Part shown: one piece after another, positions 29,776-38,874 of the stretch
Numbering within the stretch: the first letter of the stretch is position 1
Layout of the letters: every line of letters starts with the position of its first letter
DNA from: a virus
DNA: 64,000 nucleotides
Direction: 5' to 3' (one strand)
IMG/VR virus record: IMGVR_UViG_3300015263_000627
Notes under the pieces: generated by a model
Databases searched by the model: none
The model's input: only the letters and a program-made list of their open reading frames with translations
What the model was told of the DNA's origin: nothing
Made by a program: the position numbers and the translations under genes

Positions 29776-31968
29776 TTTTTTTCGGAAATGGTAATCGCCA
29801 TCTACTGACTTGCCGTTCAATATATTCGGACAAAAAGCTCCATTACCCATCAATTTGAAACCAATACTGTCAAGATAATTGATAACATCTCCCGCCATGG
29901 GCGCACCTTTATTGTAAGATACCGTCTGCAATTCAAGGATCAAATCATTGCAATGTTGCAAGGTATAATGTGCCCCCTTGAGAATGTCCATTTCGGCTCC
30001 TTGCACATCCATTTTGATCAAATCAGGCATTGGAAAATTTTCAACCTTTACAACTGTATCAAGAGTTTTGGTTATACGTTTTTGTTTATGGCTTTCGTTT
30101 AGAATATCGTCAATATTGGGAACAAACTCTTTATTGACCTTGAAATAACCATTACCCCCGGGATCGAAATCATTCTGCCAGAAGTCTATTTCCTTATCAT
30201 CCTTGTCGCTTAGAACCCCAATGTAATAAGGGATATTTTGTTCCTTATACAAAAACTCGGCTTGATCAAATGCATCAAAAGCATAATAATTCGCATCAGC
30301 CCAAACAAATTTAGCCATATTGGTCCAATGCAGAACACAGGCTCCAATATCATAAATGATACGCGGGTTCCAACCCTCGGTATTTTTCAGGTGTAACAGG
30401 TAATCATAATGTTTCTTGGGGATAAGTTGCTGGCTTCCAAGGTCACGCAAACGCTGTTCAAGAGAGTCGGCAGGCTTGGTAATAGTGAAATTACCTAGAG
30501 GTGGCACCACATACTCGGTTGTGCCAAGATGGCGACACTTCACGGATGTATCAGCATATAACTTGAAGCCCTTTTCCGTTGCTTTGCGACAGAAATAGTT
30601 ATCTTCGGTTATATCCCCCACATGTTCCAGCGATCCTACCCAATAAAACTGAGGATAACCAACCGTAGTAATGACTTCCTTTTTAATCAAAACACATCCA
30701 AACCCACATCCCCCAATCTCAATTAGCTTGTTATCCGGAATATTATTTCGGCTCATACGTCGCATGGATAGATCATATAGTTCAATGTTTTCAGTTCCCG
30801 GAATGCGTTGAATATACACCCCCGAAACCAATGGAACATCATGGCTCAATAATTTTTTTAATGTATCAGGCGGAAAAGCAATATCGCTATCAACTGCCCA
30901 TAGATAATCAAACCCCTTGACAACCCAATCGGCAATTAGATTGCGGACTTGGGATATATTATTACCAAAAAAACATTGAAAAGTTGTTTCATAACCTGCT
31001 GGTATTTCCTGATCATAAATCGATTTGAAACATTCGGTATCGATATATTTGAACGTAGGAATGGCGATAAGAATTTTCTTTGCCGGGGGTTTCATAATAT
31101 TTTTTATACTAGGACTTTGTTGAACAAATGATGATAATCCGAATGGTAATTCTGTTTTCTTATCTTGAATTGAAGGCATATCTCCTGCAATTACTTGTTT
31201 TATTATTGAATCCACAATAGGGGTATCGCTATTAGCGATAATCTTATTAGCCGTCATTGTTTGTTCATCCTTGTTTACCTTGTAATCATTCAGAGGATTA
31301 GTATCGTTATAATTATAAACTACATCTTGAATAACCTTGATCTTATTTGGGTCAGCTTGTTCGAGAATATTATAGAATACCGCAACATCGCCCCCGGCTC
31401 GGAACCATTTTTTATTTTCATCTCTAAATTTTTCGAAAGGAACCTTTTCTGCCAAATAATTTCGAAACACGCGGGGATGGTCGTAAGGTATATTCCAAGC
31501 AAATTTATGTGAGCGATATGCTTTGCTTTTTAGAATATTAGGAGGATATTCTTGGGCAATCAATGGAATTTTATCAACCATTGACCAACAGGACCCATAA
31601 CAATATTCATAACCCTGATGGAATATTTCATTATACATATTGAATATTTCGGGATTGTTTACAAGCGAATCATCGCCGTCCAATAGCATTATAATATCAT
31701 CCGGCTCGGCATATTTTCGAATGGTGGTTATTTGGTTATAGACGGCTCCCATGTTTTGAGAACCAACTACAAATTCTATCTTATCTTCACATCCAATATC
31801 TTCTATTGCTTTACAAGCAACATCATAACTATTATCGGTGCTGGCATCGTCAATCAGAATATGTTTATAATTTGTATAGTTTTGAGCGGTAACTGATCGT
31901 ATGCATTTCTCAATGTATTTCTCCGCATTCCAAAACGGTGAAATGATTACAATTCTTTGTTCTTCCAT
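29764..31968 (-). CDS. Tri-domain GT2 + GT2-like glycosyltransferase + FkbM-family methyltransferase
   Basis: Domain 1: IISPFWNAEKYIEKCIRSV..IDDAST..LLDGDD. Domain 2: ILIAIPT..RN..YLWAVDSD..GFGCVLI..EDNYFC. Domain 3: IYDIGAC..LIKMDVQGAE..ILKGA. Confidence 0.85.
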   Translation of the reverse strand: MEEQRIVIISPFWNAEKYIEKCIRSVTAQNYTNYKHILIDDASTDNSYDVACKAIEDIGCEDKIEFVVGSQNMGAVYNQITTIRKYAEPDDIIMLLDGDDSLVNNPEIFNMYNEIFHQGYEYCYGSCWSMVDKIPLIAQEYPPNILKSKAYRSHKFAWNIPYDHPRVFRNYLAEKVPFEKFRDENKKWFRAGGDVAVFYNILEQADPNKIKVIQDVVYNYNDTNPLNDYKVNKDEQTMTANKIIANSDTPIVDSIIKQVIAGDMPSIQDKKTELPFGLSSFVQQSPSIKNIMKPPAKKILIAIPTFKYIDTECFKSIYDQEIPAGYETTFQCFFGNNISQVRNLIADWVVKGFDYLWAVDSDIAFPPDTLKKLLSHDVPLVSGVYIQRIPGTENIELYDLSMRRMSRNNIPDNKLIEIGGCGFGCVLIKKEVITTVGYPQFYWVGSLEHVGDITEDNYFCRKATEKGFKLYADTSVKCRHLGTTEYVVPPLGNFTITKPADSLEQRLRDLGSQQLIPKKHYDYLLHLKNTEGWNPRIIYDIGACVLHWTNMAKFVWADANYYAFDAFDQAEFLYKEQNIPYYIGVLSDKDDKEIDFWQNDFDPGGNGYFKVNKEFVPNIDDILNESHKQKRITKTLDTVVKVENFPMPDLIKMDVQGAEMDILKGAHYTLQHCNDLILELQTVSYNKGAPMAGDVINYLDSIGFKLMGNGAFCPNILNGKSVDGDYHFRKKLAT

Positions 31969-33221
31969 TATAGAAAATCCTCGGGATTGGCAAAACGACG
32001 CCCAAATATCTGATGAATACGTTTATTGATATATTTGACTTGTAGATATTCCTCAACCGGTAAATATTCTCCAAGCACATTATAAAAATGCTGCTTCCAT
32101 TGTAGGGCTATGCTATCCCATTGGGAATATGGCTTGACTATATTACAATAATGGGCTTTTTGTTTCCACAGGTATTTGTCAGCATGAGCGCGTAACATCA
32201 TATCAAGAAATCGATTCACCTGCTCATCCTTGTTGATATTGGGAAACAAGCCATTTGGTTCAACTGGATAATCAAGCAAATATGATGCTTTATCAATTGC
32301 CGTTTCTTCCATGGCTCCAAACCGACAACCGATAATGGGGGTATTGTAATTCAATGCTTCAAGGGCTGATATTCCAAATGTTTCGGGAAAGGCTCCGGGA
32401 GCAACATAATATGATGCTTTGGTCAATAAATCAGCAATTTCGTCTTGTTTGATAATACCCGTAAAAGTAATGTTCTTATTGTTAGGTAATGCCTTCAATT
32501 CATGCCATCTCTTTTCCTGATCGTCGGGTTGTCTATCCGGAAAACGATAAAATCCTCCAATAATAACTAATTTAGCGTGAGGAACCTGTTCAATAAATTT
32601 TGGCCAAATATCTTTTACAAGAGGAACCATACCTTTGGTAAGGGATGCATTATAGATAAACAAATTGGGGTCTTTGGCAAAAACATTGACCCAATCATGA
32701 TAACGTCGCATTCCATCTCGGGTCTGAAATATTTTATTCTTGAGAACTTCAAACATTCGTTTAGCTCCATGATCACAATTAGTCACATAAACAGAATGGA
32801 AGTCAGATAAAGTAAAAATCTTGTCAAATCTTTTATTGACAATCATATGTTCAACAAATGGATCGGAGCCTTGCACAAATGTATCATGCATCCATAACAC
32901 TTTATATTTGGCTGTTTTTATAATGTTATTGAATTTAGGATCGCCGGTATAGGGAGCAATAGAACGAGAAGATATTATGATATCAATATTTGAACAGCTA
33001 CTTATCCCATTTAGATTTATATAGTTGACCCCATCATAAACACCGGGATGGGTATCATCTTCGCCACAACGGTTGAAAACAGTTACTTGAAATCCAAGTT
33101 TGACCAATTCGGGGGCAATAAGGATTACGGACGATTCACTCCCGCCCAAGCCACGTTTTTTTAGGGTATCCCCACAATAAGGAAGTCCTAAAACATCAAT
33201 AAAAGCTATGCTTAAATTCAA
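31968..33221 (-). CDS. GT-B fold glycosyltransferase (GT4-like)
   Basis: GLGGSESSV, LWMHD and ETFGISALEALNYNTPII motifs. Probable TTG start at 33221 after AAGGTGA; the track start at 33281 lies inside the promoter. Confidence 0.85.
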   Translation of the reverse strand: MNLSIAFIDVLGLPYCGDTLKKRGLGGSESSVILIAPELVKLGFQVTVFNRCGEDDTHPGVYDGVNYINLNGISSCSNIDIIISSRSIAPYTGDPKFNNIIKTAKYKVLWMHDTFVQGSDPFVEHMIVNKRFDKIFTLSDFHSVYVTNCDHGAKRMFEVLKNKIFQTRDGMRRYHDWVNVFAKDPNLFIYNASLTKGMVPLVKDIWPKFIEQVPHAKLVIIGGFYRFPDRQPDDQEKRWHELKALPNNKNITFTGIIKQDEIADLLTKASYYVAPGAFPETFGISALEALNYNTPIIGCRFGAMEETAIDKASYLLDYPVEPNGLFPNINKDEQVNRFLDMMLRAHADKYLWKQKAHYCNIVKPYSQWDSIALQWKQHFYNVLGEYLPVEEYLQVKYINKRIHQIFGRRFANPEDFL

Positions 33222-33269
33222 TTCATTCACCTTATAAATTACCATAAATAGATTGAGATGATTAGCTAT

Positions 33270-33298
33270 ATTATATCGCAATTGCTGATCATTGTCAA
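33270..33298 (-). promoter_or_regulatory. Perfect sigma70 consensus promoter for the GT operon
   Basis: Minus strand TTGACA (33298-33293), 17 nt spacer, TATAAT (33275-33270). Confidence 0.8.
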
Positions 33299-33299
33299 G

Positions 33300-33306
33300 T
33301 ATTTAG
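33300..33306 (-). promoter_or_regulatory. Late promoter motif CTAAATA pointing into the GT operon
   Basis: Immediately upstream of the sigma70 -35 box on the minus strand. Confidence 0.5.
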
Positions 33307-33331
33307 CGACATTTTGGGGAAAGGGAACCTT

Positions 33332-34522
33332 ATGTCAAACAAAGATTTTCATGTTCGTAATGGTATATGGGTTGATGATGGTCAGACTATTTATGTCGGA
33401 AATTCCAGCCAAAATACAACAATTTCTAGTCAAAGCATTGTAGTTGGAAATTCTGCTTCTAATGCAGTTATAAATTCATCCGGATTTTCTTTCGGAGGAC
33501 AATCACTTGGTTACGGATATACCGGCTCGCGTGGAACATTAGGATATACTGGATCAATTGGATATTCGGGTAGCCAAGGTTATGCTGGATCAATGGGTGT
33601 TACTGGTTATCAAGGTTCCGCAGGTGTTACCGGTTATCAAGGATCAACAGGATATCGTGGATCAGCCGGTCTTACCGGTTATCAAGGTTCCCAAGGTGTT
33701 ACTGGCTACCAAGGATCGGGAGCACAAACTGGATATACAGGGTCGCAAGGTGTTCTTGGATATACTGGTTCAGCTTCGACAGTCATTGGTTATACTGGTA
33801 GTAAAGGTTATTCAGGTAGCCAAGGTGATCTTGGTTATACCGGATCAGCATCTACTGTTGTTGGATATACTGGTAGTCAAGGTATTACTGGATATAGTGG
33901 ATCAAAAGGCTATTCAGGTTCAATTGGTTATACCGGTAGTGGATTTAAATGGCAAGGTTCTTGGCAAGCTTCAACATGGTATTATGTGCAAGATGTTGTA
34001 TTGTATAATAATTCCAGTTATACTTGTATTCAAGATTGTTATGATATAGCACCATCTAATCCAACTTATTGGACTATAATGGCGGCTCAAGGTTCAACTG
34101 GATATGTTGGATCATTTGGATATACCGGTAGTGCTTCAACAGTTGTTGGATATACTGGGTCAGTAGGATATACAGGATCAGTTTCTAATGCAGCAACACC
34201 TGTAACAATTACAGATGGATCAGGACAAACATTTGATGCTCAAAATGGTTTAACAACTATAGCTCGTCTTTCAGCAACAAGTAATCGTACATTAGTTGCT
34301 CCAACTAATCCAGTTGATGGACAAAAAGTTATTATTGAACATTATGCATCGGGAGGAACTAGAACTCTTTCTTTAACTGTTGGATCGGCAGGAGCATTTC
34401 GTTATGGAGATGATATAACAGGATTAAGTGCAACATCTTCCGGAAAGATAGATCGTATTGGAGTAATTTATAGGGAAGGCGTAGATCGTTGGGATGTTGT
34501 AGCTGTAGTTAAAGGATTTTAA
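33332..34522 (+). CDS. Collagen-like fibre protein 2 with CBM5/12-like insert
   Basis: ATG at 33332 after AAGGGA. GYTGS/GYQGS repeats; WQGSWQASTWYYVQDVVLYNNSSYTC..PSNPTYW insert; globular C-terminus. Confidence 0.85.
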   Translation: MSNKDFHVRNGIWVDDGQTIYVGNSSQNTTISSQSIVVGNSASNAVINSSGFSFGGQSLGYGYTGSRGTLGYTGSIGYSGSQGYAGSMGVTGYQGSAGVTGYQGSTGYRGSAGLTGYQGSQGVTGYQGSGAQTGYTGSQGVLGYTGSASTVIGYTGSKGYSGSQGDLGYTGSASTVVGYTGSQGITGYSGSKGYSGSIGYTGSGFKWQGSWQASTWYYVQDVVLYNNSSYTCIQDCYDIAPSNPTYWTIMAAQGSTGYVGSFGYTGSASTVVGYTGSVGYTGSVSNAATPVTITDGSGQTFDAQNGLTTIARLSATSNRTLVAPTNPVDGQKVIIEHYASGGTRTLSLTVGSAGAFRYGDDITGLSATSSGKIDRIGVIYREGVDRWDVVAVVKGF

Positions 34523-34524
34523 TT

Positions 34525-35190
34525 ATGACATTTTCTATAAGTTATACTACCAACTCCCAAAAATCTTCATCATCACCTTGGAATTTTTCAAGCATGAATA
34601 TTGGGACAGCAGACCCGGAACGCACAGTAATAGTCGGAATAGCTGCAAGAACAAATAGCAATACGATTACTGGATGTTACATCGGAGGTATCCCTGCTTC
34701 AGAAATATATAAGCAAACGGCGGTTGGATATACTATGGGATTTTATAGTGCCCCTATAGAATCTGGAACCACTGCTAATATTGCAATATACGCCCCTACT
34801 TCTAATCTAGTTTCAATTACAGTTTTTAGAGCAATCGATTTTGGTTCATCTTCAGGTCCGGATGCTTCTGTTGCTAATGGTGACATAAATTGGACTGGAA
34901 ATATAGATTGTTTGCAAAATGGAGCATTACTTGGTCTTGAAATGTATGGACATTATTACCCTGCTAGTAATACTCAAATTTGGCGGGTTTCTTCAGCACT
35001 CGAATCTTTACCAAGCGGTGCAAGTGGACGAACTGTTGGAACAAATCAGAGTAATACTAATATAGTATGGACCGGTCTTACTGAAGAATTTGATAGTTTA
35101 TGGACACCATCATTTCAATCTAATATTTCTATAACTTTAGTAATTTCAATTCATGGTTCTGATAAAACAAAAATGATGTTAATGTTTTAA
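34525..35190 (+). CDS. Hypothetical fibre-tip/accessory protein
   Basis: 221 aa Ser/Thr-rich beta protein directly after fibre 2. Confidence 0.7.
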   Translation: MTFSISYTTNSQKSSSSPWNFSSMNIGTADPERTVIVGIAARTNSNTITGCYIGGIPASEIYKQTAVGYTMGFYSAPIESGTTANIAIYAPTSNLVSITVFRAIDFGSSSGPDASVANGDINWTGNIDCLQNGALLGLEMYGHYYPASNTQIWRVSSALESLPSGASGRTVGTNQSNTNIVWTGLTEEFDSLWTPSFQSNISITLVISIHGSDKTKMMLMF

Positions 35191-35223
35191 AATATAAACA
35201 TTATATTTTTAATATAGGTTATA

Positions 35224-38200
35224 ATGTCAAACAACAGCGTTTCAAAAACTCTTTGGGTAAAATTTGATCAAGATAATTATTCTTCATCGAATATTGTCGA
35301 AGAAGCTCGCTGGTTTTCTTCACCCGCTGAATTTAATTTTGAAGGATCAGGAGGAAATTTTCTTGGAACAGTTGAAGATGTTCCAGCAATTGTCGGTAAT
35401 ACTCAAGCTGGTTTATACGGAGGAAATGGTTATCTTATTGTTTCATCCAATGGCATTGAAGTAAGCACTAGTTTATCAGTAAATGGAACACCCGTTGGTT
35501 ATGGTTATACCGGTAGTCAAGGATATACCGGTTCAATAGGATATACTGGTTCAGCATCGGAAGTTCCGGGATATACAGGATCAGAAGGTCCAGCCGGGGG
35601 CTACACCGGATCGGCAGGTTACACTGGTAGTAAAGGTGATCCCGGGGGTTACACTGGATCAGCAGGATACACTGGTAGTAAAGGTGATATTGGTTATACC
35701 GGATCAGGGGGAGGCGGTGGAGGATATACCGGTTCAGCAGGATATACCGGATCGGCGGGATATGCCGGTAGTAAAGGTGATCCCGGAGGTTATACTGGAT
35801 CGGCAGGTTATACCGGTAGTCAAGGAACCCAAGGTAACATCGGTTATACCGGTAGTCAAGGAACAGGTTATACCGGTAGTCTTGGTTATACTGGTAGTGC
35901 AGGTGTCGGATATACCGGTAGTGCTTCAACTGTAATTGGATATACGGGTAGTCAAGGTTATACTGGTAGTCAAGGAACTCAAGGTGTAATTGGATATACC
36001 GGTAGCCAAGGAACGCAAGGTAATATTGGATATACTGGATCGCAAGGAACCCAAGGCAATATCGGATATACCGGTAGTCTTGGTTATACTGGCTCGCAAG
36101 GAATTGGTTATACCGGATCAGCTTCAACAGTAATAGGTTATACTGGTAGTAAGGGTGATCAAGGTGATATTGGTTATACTGGTAGTGAAGGTTATTCTGG
36201 CTCGCAAGGTGAGGTAGGTTATCAAGGATCGGCGGGATATACCGGTAGTCAGGGTGATGTTGGATATCAAGGATCAACTGGTTATCAGGGTTCTCAAGGT
36301 ATCACCGGTTATCAAGGATCAGGAGCGCAAACTGGATATACGGGTAGTCAAGGTTATACTGGTAGTCAAGGAACTCAAGGTGTAATTGGATATACCGGTA
36401 GCCAAGGAACGCAAGGTAATATTGGATATACTGGATCAGCTTCAACTGTAATTGGTTATACGGGTAGCCAAGGTAATATTGGTTATACGGGTAGTCAAGG
36501 TGTTATTGGATATACCGGTAGTCTTGGTTATACAGGATCGGCAGGAGTTGGTTATACTGGATCGGCTTCAACTGTAATTGGTTATACGGGTAGTATTGGT
36601 TACACTGGTTCAATGGGAACTGGTAGTAGCATTACAGTTTCAAATACAGAACCATCAAGTCCATCAAATGGAGATTTGTGGTTTGATCTAAACACTGGTT
36701 TATTAGTAGCATATGTTGATGATGGAGATAGTCAACAATGGGTTGAAATTGGTCCAAGCCCTCAAGGACCGGCTGGTTATACTGGTAGCCAAGGTCCGGG
36801 GGGTGGTTATACTGGTTCGGCTTCAACTGAACCGGGATACACTGGTAGCCAAGGATATACCGGTAGTCAAGGTGATATTGGTTATACTGGTTCAGCTTCA
36901 ACTGTAATTGGATATACCGGTAGTCAAGGTGATATTGGTTACACTGGTAGCCAAGGTGTTGGTTATACTGGTAGTGCATCCGAAGTAATTGGTTACACTG
37001 GTAGTCAAGGTAATCTTGGTTATACCGGATCAGCTTCAACAGTTATCGGATATACCGGTAGTCAAGGACCAATTGGTTATACTGGTTCTGCATCCGAAGT
37101 AATTGGTTACACTGGTAGCCAAGGACCAATTGGTTATACCGGATCGGCTTCAACTGTAATTGGTTATACTGGTAGTCAAGGTCCGATAGGATATACTGGT
37201 TCGCAAGGAATCCAAGGTGTAATTGGTTATACTGGAAGTCAGGGAATACAAGGCAATATTGGTTACACTGGTAGCCAAGGAACGCAAGGTGTAATTGGTT
37301 ATACTGGAAGTCAGGGAATACAAGGTAATATCGGATATACCGGATCGGCTTCAACTGTAATTGGTTATACTGGTAGCCAAGGTTACACTGGTAGTCAAGG
37401 TATAGGTTATACTGGTTCAGCTTCGACTGTTCCGGGTTATACTGGTTCTAAAGGCGATCAAGGTGATATTGGTTATACTGGTTCACAAGGAGTTGCGGGT
37501 GAAACCGGTTATCAAGGTAGTCAGGGTGATGTTGGATATCAAGGATCAACTGGTTATCAAGGTAGTCAAGGTATCACTGGTTATCAAGGATCGGGAGCGC
37601 AAACTGGATATACGGGTAGTCAAGGTTATACTGGTAGTCAAGGAACTCAAGGTGTTATCGGTTACACTGGTTCACAGGGAACTCAAGGTGTAATTGGTTA
37701 TACCGGTAGTCAAGGAACGCAAGGTAATATCGGTTACACCGGTAGTCAAGGTGATCAAGGTGTTATCGGTTACACTGGCTCGCAAGGAACTCAAGGCAAC
37801 ATCGGTTATACCGGTAGCCAAGGAACGCAAGGTAATATTGGATATACTGGATCAGCTTCAACTGTAATTGGTTATACGGGTAGCCAAGGTAATATCGGTT
37901 ATACTGGTTCGGGAGGCGGGGGTGCCAGCGTTACAATTTCCTCCACAGAGCCAGCAAGTCCAATAAGTGGAGATTTATGGTATGATCTAAACACTGGTTT
38001 GTTGGTAGTATATGTTGATGATGGAGATAGTGAACAATGGGTTGAAATTGGTCCAAGTCCGCAAGGTCTTACTGGTTATACTGGTTCGGCAGGTCTAGGT
38101 TATACAGGTTCGGCAGGTTATACTGGAAGTGCTTCAACCGCAGTTGGTTACACTGGTAGTCAAGGTAATATCGGTTATACCGGATCGGCTTCAACTGAAC

Positions 38201-38829
38201 CGGGATATACTGGTAGTCTTGGTTATACTGGATCAGCGGGGGCTGGTTATACTGGTAGTCAAGGTTATACTGGATCAGGAGGAAGCGGAAGTCTTACTAT
38301 ATATGATGATGGTGTGATAACATCAACTTATGCTCCTGATCCTACCAACGGAAATTATCATTTAGTAATATCTAACGGAGCAATAACATTATCAAAACCA
38401 ACATCAAATTGTTTGTTTTATGTGCAATATGTAAATGGACCAGCGGCAGGCGGGCTTTCCTATCCAGATTATAGAGTTGGAAGCAGCGTTGGAGATACTT
38501 TTTCAGCTAATCCACGATCAAGTGCTTCTGTTACAATAAACCAAAGCACTGATTATATTACATGGAGTGGTCATGGTTTTGAAGTCTCCGACCCATGTTG
38601 GTTTAGAGCAGGTGTAATGATGCCGGGAAACGTTACAGCAAACCAAATCTATTATATTTCTTATATAACTAATTCTTCTGCCTTCAAAATTGCCAGTAGT
38701 CCGGGGGGAGCTAATGTAAATATTACTAGTAACGGTTCATTGGTTAACTGTTATGCCGCTTCCATTTATAATCTTACTGTATCATGCATAAATGATATAG
38801 CCACAATTACTGTAAAATCTTTGACCTAA
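35224..38829 (+). CDS. Collagen-like fibre protein 3 with two repeated node domains
   Basis: 1201 aa; three GYTGS collagen tracts separated by two TEP..P..GDLW.DLNTGLLV.YVDDGDS.QWVEIGP nodes. Confidence 0.9.
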   Translation: MSNNSVSKTLWVKFDQDNYSSSNIVEEARWFSSPAEFNFEGSGGNFLGTVEDVPAIVGNTQAGLYGGNGYLIVSSNGIEVSTSLSVNGTPVGYGYTGSQGYTGSIGYTGSASEVPGYTGSEGPAGGYTGSAGYTGSKGDPGGYTGSAGYTGSKGDIGYTGSGGGGGGYTGSAGYTGSAGYAGSKGDPGGYTGSAGYTGSQGTQGNIGYTGSQGTGYTGSLGYTGSAGVGYTGSASTVIGYTGSQGYTGSQGTQGVIGYTGSQGTQGNIGYTGSQGTQGNIGYTGSLGYTGSQGIGYTGSASTVIGYTGSKGDQGDIGYTGSEGYSGSQGEVGYQGSAGYTGSQGDVGYQGSTGYQGSQGITGYQGSGAQTGYTGSQGYTGSQGTQGVIGYTGSQGTQGNIGYTGSASTVIGYTGSQGNIGYTGSQGVIGYTGSLGYTGSAGVGYTGSASTVIGYTGSIGYTGSMGTGSSITVSNTEPSSPSNGDLWFDLNTGLLVAYVDDGDSQQWVEIGPSPQGPAGYTGSQGPGGGYTGSASTEPGYTGSQGYTGSQGDIGYTGSASTVIGYTGSQGDIGYTGSQGVGYTGSASEVIGYTGSQGNLGYTGSASTVIGYTGSQGPIGYTGSASEVIGYTGSQGPIGYTGSASTVIGYTGSQGPIGYTGSQGIQGVIGYTGSQGIQGNIGYTGSQGTQGVIGYTGSQGIQGNIGYTGSASTVIGYTGSQGYTGSQGIGYTGSASTVPGYTGSKGDQGDIGYTGSQGVAGETGYQGSQGDVGYQGSTGYQGSQGITGYQGSGAQTGYTGSQGYTGSQGTQGVIGYTGSQGTQGVIGYTGSQGTQGNIGYTGSQGDQGVIGYTGSQGTQGNIGYTGSQGTQGNIGYTGSASTVIGYTGSQGNIGYTGSGGGGASVTISSTEPASPISGDLWYDLNTGLLVVYVDDGDSEQWVEIGPSPQGLTGYTGSAGLGYTGSAGYTGSASTAVGYTGSQGNIGYTGSASTEPGYTGSLGYTGSAGAGYTGSQGYTGSGGSGSLTIYDDGVITSTYAPDPTNGNYHLVISNGAITLSKPTSNCLFYVQYVNGPAAGGLSYPDYRVGSSVGDTFSANPRSSASVTINQSTDYITWSGHGFEVSDPCWFRAGVMMPGNVTANQIYYISYITNSSAFKIASSPGGANVNITSNGSLVNCYAASIYNLTVSCINDIATITVKSLT
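35500..38290 (+). repeat. Coding tandem repeat array shared with fibres 1 and 2
   Basis: Same DNA units as 23799-26185; node repeats at ~36630-36770 and ~37920-38070. Confidence 0.9.
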
Positions 38830-38845
38830 CGACCTAATAAATCGG

Positions 38846-38852
38846 ATAAATA
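38846..38852 (+). promoter_or_regulatory. Late promoter motif (GG)ATAAATA
   Basis: Upstream of gp13. Confidence 0.55.
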
Positions 38853-38874
38853 CTCATAAAATAAGGAACAAATT

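Noticed and set aside
33222-33281. ORF-track start of the GT4 gene at 33281
   Set aside because: Lies within the -35/-10 spacer of the promoter; TTG 33221 has an SD.
23729-38829. Diversity-generating retroelement template/variable repeat pair
   Set aside because: No reverse transcriptase in the window; repeat differences are synonymous wobble, not adenine-specific.
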